The translations under genes were made by a program, and so were the position numbers. The notes under the pieces were generated by a model. That model did not search any database. It was given only the letters and a program-made list of their open reading frames with translations, and was not told the origin of the DNA. Positions 7,021 to 16,205 of a stretch of 28,291 nt of DNA are shown piece by piece (position 1 is the stretch's first letter; each line of letters begins with the position of its first letter). The stretch spans positions 1-28,291 of IMG/VR virus record IMGVR_UViG_3300007985_000050. One strand, 5' to 3'. The DNA is from a virus. Lineage: Duplodnaviria; Caudoviricetes.

Positions 7021-9944
7021 AAATTATCTATAATTCTTTTCCATTCAGCAAAGCTCATACCCAATCCCTGTTTTGTAGAACTTTGACCTCTTGAATCAGG
7101 AAGACTTACCCATTTTTTAGATATTTTATCCATCAATTGTTCTTTTGAAATTTTACCAGCTCTATAATCACTTAATCCAACTTCTTCTAACATTGTAATA
7201 AACAATTTATCTTGAACATCAGCAGTAAATTTAGTAGTATTTGGATCAAAACCAGCTTTTTCAACATATTCTCTTAATGTACCTTCAATAAATTGCCATC
7301 TTCCAACAGCAGAACTTGGCAACATTCTACCTGCACCATTATCATATCTGTTATTTGGGTCCTTCTTTAAATCATCTTGATAATTATAAACTTCAGATAT
7401 TGTCATTTCAGTTAATGGTTTGTTTCTTAATTCTGGTCTAATTGCAGCTCTGTGTCTACCATAACCAATTTCAATATCATAATCACTTGTAGCACCAGGT
7501 TGTCTTCTATATGTATTTGTAGTACCTTCTGCCATTGATATTGCATCAATTAATCTAAGTTCACCTGTACTTACACCCTTCAAAGCATCTGACCTTTCAC
7601 CTGTTCCTCTTGTTCCTCTTGTTCCTCTTCTGGCTCTTCTTCTCTGTTCTGTGTATTCTCTGGATTTAGCTACTTGAGCAGCCAAATAATCATTACCCTT
7701 TAATATGTTGAGTGTATCTTCAAAACTTACTCTTATTATGTTGGGAACACCATTACCATTTTCATCAATGAATATTGCTTCTTCACCAGCTAAAACAGAA
7801 GTGCCATCAGCATTGGTAATAATCATACCCATTCCAGATTCATCACTTTGAAATCTTAAATTTTCTCTTAATTGACCCCATTCTTCATCAGTAAATTCAC
7901 CCATTCTGGCTTCTATTTCTGGTCTAATTTTATCCATTAATAATAAAGTGCTGTCTTTGTTGTTTAAAGCATTGTTTAAGAGATTATAATCTGTTGGGTT
8001 GCTGTTAAATTGAGTTTTAGCTATTGCCACATTATTATATTTTGTAATTAACACATTATTATTTAAATCTTCAACACTTTTTGTGAGTAATGTTTCAAAA
8101 TTATTAATATTACCTCTTGAAGCAACTATTGCACCATTTACTATGGATTCAGCTAAAGCATAAGATTGTTCTGCATAAGCAACATTATCTCTGCTAACAC
8201 TAATTACACCCATAATATCTGTTAAATTAGCAGCCACAGTTTTAATTCTATCTTCTTTGTTAATACCCAATAATGAAACACCACTTTTAATTGAATCTTC
8301 TGTAGCAGCTTGACTATTGGCAATAACTGTTTGAATATTTTGACCACTTGCCATTAATGCTGCTAATGGAGGCATACCTCTTTCTTCTAATTGTCTCCAT
8401 ATAATAGTTTGAACTTTGTCTCTGTCATAAGCTCCTTCAATGTCACCCAATAATTGATTAATACCAGTTTTTAGAAAAGCAAATGCTTGTTCTGGATTTT
8501 CTCTGGAAGCAATTTGAAATGTTTGTATTAAGGGATCTAATTCCTCACCTGTAAATAATCTTGGAGAAATACCAGTGCTTAATAGATTACCTTGAACAAA
8601 GAAAAAGTTAGCTCTATTTATTGGTGTATCATCTATACCCATTTTACCCAATGCTTCAACTATAACATCAGCACCATCTGGACTATTTAATCTCTTTAGT
8701 GTTTCACTGGCTTGTGTTCTTAATAACAGTTTGGCTTTTTCTATACCTTCAGGCATTAAATCAGGATATTTGGTTGTGTTAATTGTGTCATTAATAAAAC
8801 TATCCCATTCAGTAAAAGGAGTACTCAACAATGTGACAAAATTAGTACCAATAGCTTTAGCAATATCCATATCCTGTTTAGCAATTTTATAGTCTTCTGG
8901 GTCAGGATATCTGTCCTGTAATGCTTGGTCTAATTGGGCATCATCAACTCTTGCCTTACCAAAAAGACTTAATTCCTGTCTATATATTTCCAGTTCTCTA
9001 TCCATTTCAGCCATTTCTCTTTTTTCAATGGCTTCTCTGTTTTTATCTAATCTATCAATATATTGTACTAATTCTATTCTTTCTTCAAGAGTATAATTAT
9101 TTAAAATATCACCTGCAGGAGGACTAATAATATTTCTTTTTAATTCATCAACTGAATTATTTGGTAGTGCATTTTCAAAATATAATAGTGCAAAGTCAGC
9201 TTTGACTGCTTCAAATTGTAAATCTCTCTTTCTAATATCAGCTTCCTGTTGGGTGATTAATCCATTTGACACTTGATCCTGTATCATTTGATTACCCAAT
9301 TCAATTTTATTTAATACTTCCTGTTTACCATCAGCACTGGTAATTGCTGTGGGATTGGAAATTAAAACATCAATTGATCTTAAATTATCATTAAAACTTA
9401 AATTGAATTCATCAGCAGCTAATTTCATTTTCTTTTGATAAGCAGCATTAAAAAATTGATTTGTTTTACTACCAATCAATCTTTCAGAATAAGCAGAAAT
9501 TCTTTGGGCAGTGGCACTTTGGGCACCTTCTGTCCAACTTTGGCTGGCTAAATTTGTTCTTTCTTCAAAACTACTCAACCATTCCATTGGGTCAGCATCC
9601 AGAGGAAGAGTTAAAAACTCTCTTTCTGCTTGATTAAAATATTCATCAATTTCTCTCTGCTTTTGTAATAGAAATACTTGTTCACCAGCAGCATTATAAG
9701 CTCTTTGAGCTGCTGTGGGTATGGCAGTATTACCAACTTGTGTTTCTGAACCTTCCTGATCAATAGCACCCTGTTCTGTTGCTTTGGCTACTTGAGCATC
9801 AACAAATTTATCTGCTAATGCACTAGCCATTCCTGAAAATAAATTGGCAGCACCTGTGCTGACTGTAAATCCACCCAAACTTAATTGGGGATTACCACCA
9901 GCAACCCTGTTAACATCCTGAGCATTTCCTCTTACATTTACCAT
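7017..9944 (-). CDS. Internal virion (ejection) protein with a C-terminal lambda-lysozyme-like muramidase/lytic transglycosylase
   Basis: Long helical body and position after the small ejection protein; C-terminal LIDAISMAEGT..LTEMTISEV..SSAVGRWQFIEGTL..FTADVQD..KWVSLP. Confidence 0.85.
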   Translation of the reverse strand: MVNVRGNAQDVNRVAGGNPQLSLGGFTVSTGAANLFSGMASALADKFVDAQVAKATEQGAIDQEGSETQVGNTAIPTAAQRAYNAAGEQVFLLQKQREIDEYFNQAEREFLTLPLDADPMEWLSSFEERTNLASQSWTEGAQSATAQRISAYSERLIGSKTNQFFNAAYQKKMKLAADEFNLSFNDNLRSIDVLISNPTAITSADGKQEVLNKIELGNQMIQDQVSNGLITQQEADIRKRDLQFEAVKADFALLYFENALPNNSVDELKRNIISPPAGDILNNYTLEERIELVQYIDRLDKNREAIEKREMAEMDRELEIYRQELSLFGKARVDDAQLDQALQDRYPDPEDYKIAKQDMDIAKAIGTNFVTLLSTPFTEWDSFINDTINTTKYPDLMPEGIEKAKLLLRTQASETLKRLNSPDGADVIVEALGKMGIDDTPINRANFFFVQGNLLSTGISPRLFTGEELDPLIQTFQIASRENPEQAFAFLKTGINQLLGDIEGAYDRDKVQTIIWRQLEERGMPPLAALMASGQNIQTVIANSQAATEDSIKSGVSLLGINKEDRIKTVAANLTDIMGVISVSRDNVAYAEQSYALAESIVNGAIVASRGNINNFETLLTKSVEDLNNNVLITKYNNVAIAKTQFNSNPTDYNLLNNALNNKDSTLLLMDKIRPEIEARMGEFTDEEWGQLRENLRFQSDESGMGMIITNADGTSVLAGEEAIFIDENGNGVPNIIRVSFEDTLNILKGNDYLAAQVAKSREYTEQRRRARRGTRGTRGTGERSDALKGVSTGELRLIDAISMAEGTTNTYRRQPGATSDYDIEIGYGRHRAAIRPELRNKPLTEMTISEVYNYQDDLKKDPNNRYDNGAGRMLPSSAVGRWQFIEGTLREYVEKAGFDPNTTKFTADVQDKLFITMLEEVGLSDYRAGKISKEQLMDKISKKWVSLPDSRGQSSTKQGLGMSFAEWKRIIDNL

Positions 9945-9953
9945 TTTATATCC

Positions 9954-10370
9954 TTATGAAGCAAAATAACCTTCAGCTAATTTTAGCCCAGTGTTTAATG
10001 CAGTTCCAGCAGCTTGAGCATAACCTTGGTTGAGTGCATTTTGACCTTCTGCTTTTTTCATATCAGCATTTAATCTGGCATTTAATTGATCAACATAATC
10101 TTCATTAGCAAATTGAGCAGCAGTTGAATCAAATACACCTTGAAAACTTTCAACAGTTGCACCACTAACACCAGCTCTTGCTCTTTGACTGGCAATAACT
10201 CTCTGTCTCTGTTTTGACCTATCTTCCTGTCTTAAAGCAGCTTCTGTTTTAATAGTTTGTGCTTGAGCATTGGCAATTTTTTGTTGTGTTTTGGCAGCAC
10301 TTATTTGGCTCATTACTGAAAAGCCAGCACTTGCAACACTTAACACACCTAATAATATTGGAGCACTCAT
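9954..10370 (-). CDS. Small internal virion (ejection) protein, T7 gp14-like
   Basis: Hydrophobic N-terminus, Ala/Gln-rich helix, QRARAGVSG motif; start set at ATG 10370 (ATGA overlap, GAGG SD). Confidence 0.8.
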   Translation of the reverse strand: MSAPILLGVLSVASAGFSVMSQISAAKTQQKIANAQAQTIKTEAALRQEDRSKQRQRVIASQRARAGVSGATVESFQGVFDSTAAQFANEDYVDQLNARLNADMKKAEGQNALNQGYAQAAGTALNTGLKLAEGYFAS

Positions 10371-10810
10371 CTTTCCCAAACCTCAATTCTTATATCATTA
10401 TATTTATATGAACTTCCTGTTGGATGATACCCTAAACTTTTTAACCATCTTTTTGTAGTTTTATTATGTTCTAACACTTGAATTAAACTTCTTTTTGGAT
10501 ATTCCATTATAGCAACTATATCCATAAAATGTGTAGTGTATTTTGTAAAACTTTTAATATATTTGTAAACATCAGGTGTAGCATAACTGGCAAACCAAAT
10601 ACAACCTTCTGTGACATTAGCACCAAATATTAAGAATGGCTTATTATCTGCTGAAACACAATAACAATATGGTAGATCAATAAAATCTTCATAGCCTTTA
10701 TCACCCAAAAGACTTAATTCATTTTTATCACATTCTCTAACATTATCCCAAACAGCTTGAAGATCTTCCTTTGTTGCTGCTTTAAAACTAAATGGTTCTG
10801 GTAAAATCAA
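10367..10810 (-). CDS. GNAT-fold protein, T7 gp13-like
   Basis: NVRECDKNEL .. VLEHNKTTKRWLKSLGY; canonical position after the nozzle; TTG start overlaps the upstream stop. Confidence 0.8.
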   Translation of the reverse strand: MILPEPFSFKAATKEDLQAVWDNVRECDKNELSLLGDKGYEDFIDLPYCYCVSADNKPFLIFGANVTEGCIWFASYATPDVYKYIKSFTKYTTHFMDIVAIMEYPKRSLIQVLEHNKTTKRWLKSLGYHPTGSSYKYNDIRIEVWER

Positions 10811-12852
10811 TAGTGTACCTCCATTGTGTATCCCAAAAATGTCATTCTAACTGGATCACTTGTCATAAATGTTAATTGGGGATCTCTACCTTTCTTTAAC
10901 ACTCTACTCCAATACAATCCACTTTCAATGGGATAAAATCCATCAAAATTATCAAAGTCATATTTTAATGTTATTAATTCATTGCCTTCAACTGCAAATT
11001 GACTGGTGTTAAATACCTGTGCCCATACTCTAAGTATTTTCATAGGTTGACCTTTTCTCATGGTAAGTTCATTAACCAACCCTGTTAAGGGAAGGGTTCT
11101 AACAGTAGTGATATAGGGCAGACCCACATAAGCAGAATTTATAAAATTGTCTTCTGTTGTAAACACCCCATCACTGCCTGAAATTTCCTCATCTATAATT
11201 ACTTCTTTTGTCACATTATTTTGGGTACTGTCAAGAGTAATCAGTTGAGCTCCATTTGGATAATTTGTTATAATGTCATCACCATGAGAAAAGGTAGCAG
11301 TGTTAGCAGTTGAACTGGTTTCCTTCCTCCAGAAATCTAAATAAATGTCATCTTGACCAAACACCTCTATGTAGTATTTGTTCCCTCTTTGGACTGTAGC
11401 ATAGAGAACATATGCTGTATCACTGGAATCTGGATTGTATTTTGTTTTAGCAACAGTCACATATTTAAAACTGCCATTTGTAATCCATCTACTCCAACCC
11501 AATATTCTTCTACTTCTGTCAGTAACCATACAAGCTAATTCTCCATTTGAATTAACTATAAATGCTAAAGTTGTTTGACTGTTTTTGTAGTTTTGAAGTA
11601 TAGCCATATCAACTGGACTTAACAATTTGCCAGTATGAAGTAGTGAATAATTTTTGGATATATAATCATCCTGTTCAATGTCATAAGCAAATGCTCTAAT
11701 TTCTTCATCATTTTCTGTAATGTAGAGACTTTCATTGTCAACAACATAACTTTTAACTGAGCTAATACCATTATTGGTTTTTTGTGTAATTTGAACATTG
11801 CTGGGTGTTATGGGATTATTGTTGCCACCAAACCCAATAAACTCACCTCTGGAAGTATGAATAATTAAATTATCATCAGAGTGCATATCTCTAATTGTAT
11901 GCACATTGTCTGTGCTGAGTGTAAAACTAAAACTTGAACTGTCTAATGTAGTGTTTTCATTTTTAAAATTAAAAAAGTCACCTGTTTGGCTGGCATAAAG
12001 AACATTGGGTGTAGTTCTACCACCACCTAAATATAATCTCTGTTGGTGAAATACTAAAGTTCTTGGATATCCTCTAACATCACTAAATGCTTCTTCAGCA
12101 AAAACAGGATATGATGAAGTAGAAATAGGTGCAGAATATGCTGAAGCTGCTGTATACCAAGTGACATTAACTTCTGTAGTTGGTGCTGTTCCAATTAAAC
12201 TGGTAATAGTGCCATAATGAAAAGTAGTACCTTTTATTAATTTTAAACCAACTCCCACATGATCATCAATAAAATATGGGGTTGCTGTAGCACTGGCAAG
12301 AGCACTTACTTTTGTTCTATATCTTGCTGTATTAGCAGAAACATATAGTTCAGCATTTTGAAATTCAGGAAAATTAAAATACACTCTTTGATCTGGGCTA
12401 ACAGTTTCAAAAAGTGTTTCTATTTCAAAAGTTCCAGCATCAGTTCTGAATAATTTCCAACTACCATAGTTAAAATGAGTAATAATCATAACATCATTAC
12501 TTTGAACATATCTAACAAATTTAACATCAGAAGCTGTCCAACCAAATCCAGAAAATGTTTCTTTTGTTAAAGTATCCCAATTGGTAATAACATCAATACT
12601 GTCTGTGTAAAAAGCAACAATATATTGCTGTTCATTATTAAAATCAAATACACCAATTTTGGGTATTTCTGAACCATAATCAGCCCAAGCATAGCTGCCA
12701 CTTCTTCTAACTATACCACCTTGACTTAATGGCACAGCATTTTCAAGTAAGTCAACTGAAGCTTTGTATACATCATTGTCAGCCCTAAATTTGGCTAAAT
12801 CACTTATTTCACCAACATTTAAATTAAACTGACTAAATCTAAACTTTGCCAT
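10807..12852 (-). CDS. Tail nozzle / tail tubular protein B
   Basis: QFNLNVGEIS, QGGIVRRSGS, YVQSNDVMIITH, GYPRTLVFHQQRLYLGG, SQTGDFFNF, GWSRWITNGSF, YVGLPY. Confidence 0.92.
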   Translation of the reverse strand: MAKFRFSQFNLNVGEISDLAKFRADNDVYKASVDLLENAVPLSQGGIVRRSGSYAWADYGSEIPKIGVFDFNNEQQYIVAFYTDSIDVITNWDTLTKETFSGFGWTASDVKFVRYVQSNDVMIITHFNYGSWKLFRTDAGTFEIETLFETVSPDQRVYFNFPEFQNAELYVSANTARYRTKVSALASATATPYFIDDHVGVGLKLIKGTTFHYGTITSLIGTAPTTEVNVTWYTAASAYSAPISTSSYPVFAEEAFSDVRGYPRTLVFHQQRLYLGGGRTTPNVLYASQTGDFFNFKNENTTLDSSSFSFTLSTDNVHTIRDMHSDDNLIIHTSRGEFIGFGGNNNPITPSNVQITQKTNNGISSVKSYVVDNESLYITENDEEIRAFAYDIEQDDYISKNYSLLHTGKLLSPVDMAILQNYKNSQTTLAFIVNSNGELACMVTDRSRRILGWSRWITNGSFKYVTVAKTKYNPDSSDTAYVLYATVQRGNKYYIEVFGQDDIYLDFWRKETSSTANTATFSHGDDIITNYPNGAQLITLDSTQNNVTKEVIIDEEISGSDGVFTTEDNFINSAYVGLPYITTVRTLPLTGLVNELTMRKGQPMKILRVWAQVFNTSQFAVEGNELITLKYDFDNFDGFYPIESGLYWSRVLKKGRDPQLTFMTSDPVRMTFLGYTMEVHY

Positions 12853-13436
12853 TAATGAGTGTACCTTGATTGAATTAATCTGGAGTTTGATGTTGAAATA
12901 ACAGTTGGAGGAGGATTACTTTTCATATCTAATAGTTTGGCTTTAGCATCTAATCTCTGATACATACCCATTAACAAATTTAATTTACCCACATCTTCAG
13001 TTAATGCTATAACTATTTGAGTTGCTAATTTAGCAGCAAGAGCATTGGCAAAATAAGCTGGTAAATCTGTTGTTGTCACATTTTTTAAATATTTTACTTT
13101 GATGTTGTTTACATTGGCACATATTCTATTGTTTGCTTCATAAGCCCAATCAAGTGGATGACCATATTCATCTACAACTGCTATTACTCTTAAATATGTG
13201 GAATTTAATTGGAATTGATATTCAAAATCAGGATTGCCTGGTACTTCTACTAAAGGACTTAAATTACTCCATTCAACAGCAAAGTTCCAGGGATACTCAG
13301 CCAACATGCTTAATTTAACTGTATCAAATACTGTTGATATAACACCAGCTTCTTCTGATGCATCTTCAAAACTTGATATTGTGTCAACTATACCACAATG
13401 AATGAGTGCTATATTCGAAATTTCTATATCATTCAT
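12852..13436 (-). CDS. Tail adaptor / tail tubular protein A
   Basis: DIEISNIAL, YPWNFA, LPAYFANALAAKLA; start moved to ATG 13436 (AAGGAG SD). Confidence 0.9.
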   Translation of the reverse strand: MNDIEISNIALIHCGIVDTISSFEDASEEAGVISTVFDTVKLSMLAEYPWNFAVEWSNLSPLVEVPGNPDFEYQFQLNSTYLRVIAVVDEYGHPLDWAYEANNRICANVNNIKVKYLKNVTTTDLPAYFANALAAKLATQIVIALTEDVGKLNLLMGMYQRLDAKAKLLDMKSNPPPTVISTSNSRLIQSRYTH

Positions 13437-13464
13437 GATTACTCCTTTATTGTTATTTATAGAT

Positions 13465-13492
13465 AAACAAAAGGCCCCCAATTAAGGGGGCC
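13465..13492 (-). terminator. Intrinsic terminator after the capsid/decoration genes
   Basis: GGCCCCC-TTAATT-GGGGGCC followed by TTTTGTTT on the - strand. Confidence 0.85.
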
Positions 13493-13537
13493 CTAAATTC
13501 AACTTCTTGTGTGAGCAATCCTATTTATTGGTTAATA

Positions 13538-13957
13538 TTATAGTGAAGTTGAATTGTCTGTATAACCCCAAACAAACACAGTGATGGAACTTACTGTGAC
13601 ATTTGATGCAGCACTTACAGTCACATCAATTGTGTCTTGAGTTGAGTATCTAAAACCAATATTAGCATTGGTTGCTTCTGTGTCACCATCTACACCCCAA
13701 GTTCTGGTTTGAACACCAGAAGTTTCAGCTGTGATAAATCTTGTTGGGGAATCACCATCACCAACAGAAATTGTAAATTCACCAGTACCCAAAGTTGTTG
13801 AATACAAACCTACCTTTAGAGGTGTGAATCCCTTGGGAACACCCAACCAAGGATAAGTGACATCAGCACTTAATGTGACATTATCTTTTGTATATGAAAA
13901 TACCTGTAAGGGATTTCCACCTTGTTTTGCAATACTTGCACTTTTTGTTTCAGCCAT
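13538..13957 (-). CDS. Putative capsid decoration/cement protein
   Basis: 139 aa, beta-rich, directly after the MCP and before the terminator; AAGGAG SD. Confidence 0.7.
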   Translation of the reverse strand: MAETKSASIAKQGGNPLQVFSYTKDNVTLSADVTYPWLGVPKGFTPLKVGLYSTTLGTGEFTISVGDGDSPTRFITAETSGVQTRTWGVDGDTEATNANIGFRYSTQDTIDVTVSAASNVTVSSITVFVWGYTDNSTSL

Positions 13958-13970
13958 TTTTCATATCTCC

Positions 13971-14792
13971 TTAGTTTGTGATGTCTGCATAAAATACAGC
14001 ATCAGGTAGAATTGTACATGCACCAACATGCATTTCACCCAATACTTGAGTTGTGTTTCTTTCTGGGATTCTTTCAACCATTAGCTTCATAGTATTGCCA
14101 AGAGCAACACCAACTGATTTCTTGTACCAAGCATAGTTTCTGTGAGTACCAGCAGAAGTAACAGGTAATAGTGAGTTATCAGTGTAAATTAATGTGAAAC
14201 CCATAAAGTTGGATACAACACCATCTTGAAGAGCACCTTTTTCTAAGTAGTCTTTTGAAGTTAGAGTTGTGTCATTTAAAAGGTCTTCTAAACCAGATTC
14301 ACCAATTAACATAAATCTGTTTTCATAACCCATTGGAACTTGAGCAGCCATTAATGATTTGTTGAAAGCAATCATACCAGCTTTGTTTAGGGTATTTGAC
14401 ATTGAAACAGCAGTTGGGTTAGCATTTAAGCCATCATCAACTATAATTTCATCCCATTTCCTACCAACAGCCATCATAATTGATTGGGTATATTCTCTTC
14501 GAAGATCCAAGTTTGTTCTTAGGCTATCAAAATCTTCAACCCATTCAGGTGCTTCAATTCTCTTTAGCACACAATCAACAGTTGAATGACCAACATTCAT
14601 TGGTGATAGTGTAGCATTTCTGCTTCTATTAACTGTTGCTTCACCTTCACCAATTTTGTGGAATTTGTGAGTTTGAGCATTTGCTCGAGCAACTCTAACA
14701 CCACTCATTAAGGTTGTTTGTTTTCTTTGTAGCTCATGTTGAGCTTCCATATTCCACTCTACAATAAGAGCATTATCTACATTTGTTGACAT
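13971..14792 (-). CDS. Major capsid protein (HK97 fold, BPP-1/T7-supergroup type), 273 aa
   Basis: MSTNVDNAL..QHELQ..LMSGVR, AVGRKWDEII, LQDGVVSNFMGFTLI; follows the scaffold; start at ATG 14792 (AGGGAG SD). Confidence 0.92.
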   Translation of the reverse strand: MSTNVDNALIVEWNMEAQHELQRKQTTLMSGVRVARANAQTHKFHKIGEGEATVNRSRNATLSPMNVGHSTVDCVLKRIEAPEWVEDFDSLRTNLDLRREYTQSIMMAVGRKWDEIIVDDGLNANPTAVSMSNTLNKAGMIAFNKSLMAAQVPMGYENRFMLIGESGLEDLLNDTTLTSKDYLEKGALQDGVVSNFMGFTLIYTDNSLLPVTSAGTHRNYAWYKKSVGVALGNTMKLMVERIPERNTTQVLGEMHVGACTILPDAVFYADITN

Positions 14793-15016
14793 ATTAGTCT
14801 CCCTAATCATTTGTTAATGTTTTTTGTTTTTAATTTGATTTGGGTGTTTGATTTTATTTTAAGGGGTGTCCAATGGAGCCCTATTATTTTTATCAAAGCC
14901 TCTTCTACCATTTTACATCTGGGTGGATACTGTTTTAATGAAGCCTATGATTAGGGTATCATTGTTTTTATTTATGTTAGAAATATTTGAGCCCCCAATA
15001 TTTCTACTGGAGGCCC
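14793..15016 (-). promoter_or_regulatory. Structured intergenic leader of the capsid gene
   Basis: GAAA-capped 12-bp hairpin (15016-14989), ATAAATA box (14975-14969), GATAC/GTATC helix enclosing CCTA-ATCA-TAGG, AGGG-C-TCCATTGGA-CAC-CCCT hairpin (14882-14862). Confidence 0.55.
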
Positions 15017-15043
15017 TATCTTTTAGCTAAATCATATTACTAT

Positions 15044-15940
15044 TTATAATAAATTAACACCAGCAGTCATTGCTTTGCTAATCATTTCTCTAACTCTTGC
15101 TTGATATTCAGCATTTGAAGGATCAGTAGCAGAACCCTTATATCTTGGATCATTCATCATTTCAAATATTTGTCCCTTTGATGGAACAGTTGAAGCTGTT
15201 GGTGTTGTATCAACTGCTGTGGGATTACTGCCCAATTTTTGACTTAATTGATAAACCCATTTCATTCCAGCAGCACTGTATCTCAAACTATTGTTCCAAA
15301 CATCAGGTGGAATACCAACTACATTTTTGGCAAAATTAAATGTTGCATCCAATTTGCTTTGAACATCACTGCCCCATTCTTTTTCAAGAACTGCTCTTTC
15401 AGCAGCTACATCATATCTTGGACCTTCATTAGCCATTAAGCCAGTTGCTAATTGCCCAGCCATATCCATAACAAAATTAAATTGATCTTGACTAAAGCCC
15501 TTTTCTTTAAATTGACCTAAAACACCTTCAAATTGTTCTTTGTCTTGAAATTCCAAACCAGCATTTTTTACTACTTCTTCATATTCATATGCTTCAGGTA
15601 TATTAGTTTTACCTTCTTGGGCTGCTTTTAAATCATTTTGTGTTTTCATATAAGAAGTTTGTAGTTCCTTATATGCTTTAGCAAATTCACCAACATTGGT
15701 GTATTTACCCAATAATTTATCATCTTTAACTAATTCTTCAACACCTTGGAAATACTTTTCAAATACTAAAGGTCCTTTTGGTACATCTGGTGTGGCTGGT
15801 ACAGGTATTTCACTGGTAGTATTTTGTTGTAGTGGATTTGAATTTGGTAAAGCATCACTACTAAAGCCATCATTTGCATATTGGCTTACCACTTGATTGG
15901 TAGTATTTTCCATTGCTGGAGCAATTGTTTGGTCAGTCAT
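15044..15940 (-). CDS. Capsid scaffolding/assembly protein
   Basis: Disordered N-terminus, LLGKYTNVGEFAKAYKELQ, IPEAYEY, LEKEWG, MMNDPRY; lies between portal and MCP. Confidence 0.88.
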   Translation of the reverse strand: MTDQTIAPAMENTTNQVVSQYANDGFSSDALPNSNPLQQNTTSEIPVPATPDVPKGPLVFEKYFQGVEELVKDDKLLGKYTNVGEFAKAYKELQTSYMKTQNDLKAAQEGKTNIPEAYEYEEVVKNAGLEFQDKEQFEGVLGQFKEKGFSQDQFNFVMDMAGQLATGLMANEGPRYDVAAERAVLEKEWGSDVQSKLDATFNFAKNVVGIPPDVWNNSLRYSAAGMKWVYQLSQKLGSNPTAVDTTPTASTVPSKGQIFEMMNDPRYKGSATDPSNAEYQARVREMISKAMTAGVNLL

Positions 15941-15952
15941 TTAGTTTTCCCC

Positions 15953-16198
15953 TTATATTTTCTGTTTCTTATTATAAGCTAATATTTTATTTTCAATAGT
16001 TTCCAGAACAGCTTGTTGTGCTAATCTATAAATTGCTGAGTTTGGGTTTGGATCTTTAGCATCTAAACCTGTTCTACCAACAATTTCCCATAAATCATTT
16101 AACACAATTTCACCATCTGGAGTATTAAAAACATTGAAATAAGCAGTTATTGTTTTAGTATATTTACTATTTTCATTTACTTCTGGCATTTTATTCAT
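15953..16198 (-). CDS. Small conserved post-portal protein (Bbp19-like)
   Basis: YFNVFNTPDGEIVLNDL..AIYRLAQQAVLETI; start uncertain (16198 or 16189). Confidence 0.75.
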   Translation of the reverse strand: MNKMPEVNENSKYTKTITAYFNVFNTPDGEIVLNDLWEIVGRTGLDAKDPNPNSAIYRLAQQAVLETIENKILAYNKKQKI

Positions 16199-16205
16199 TT
16201 TCTTT

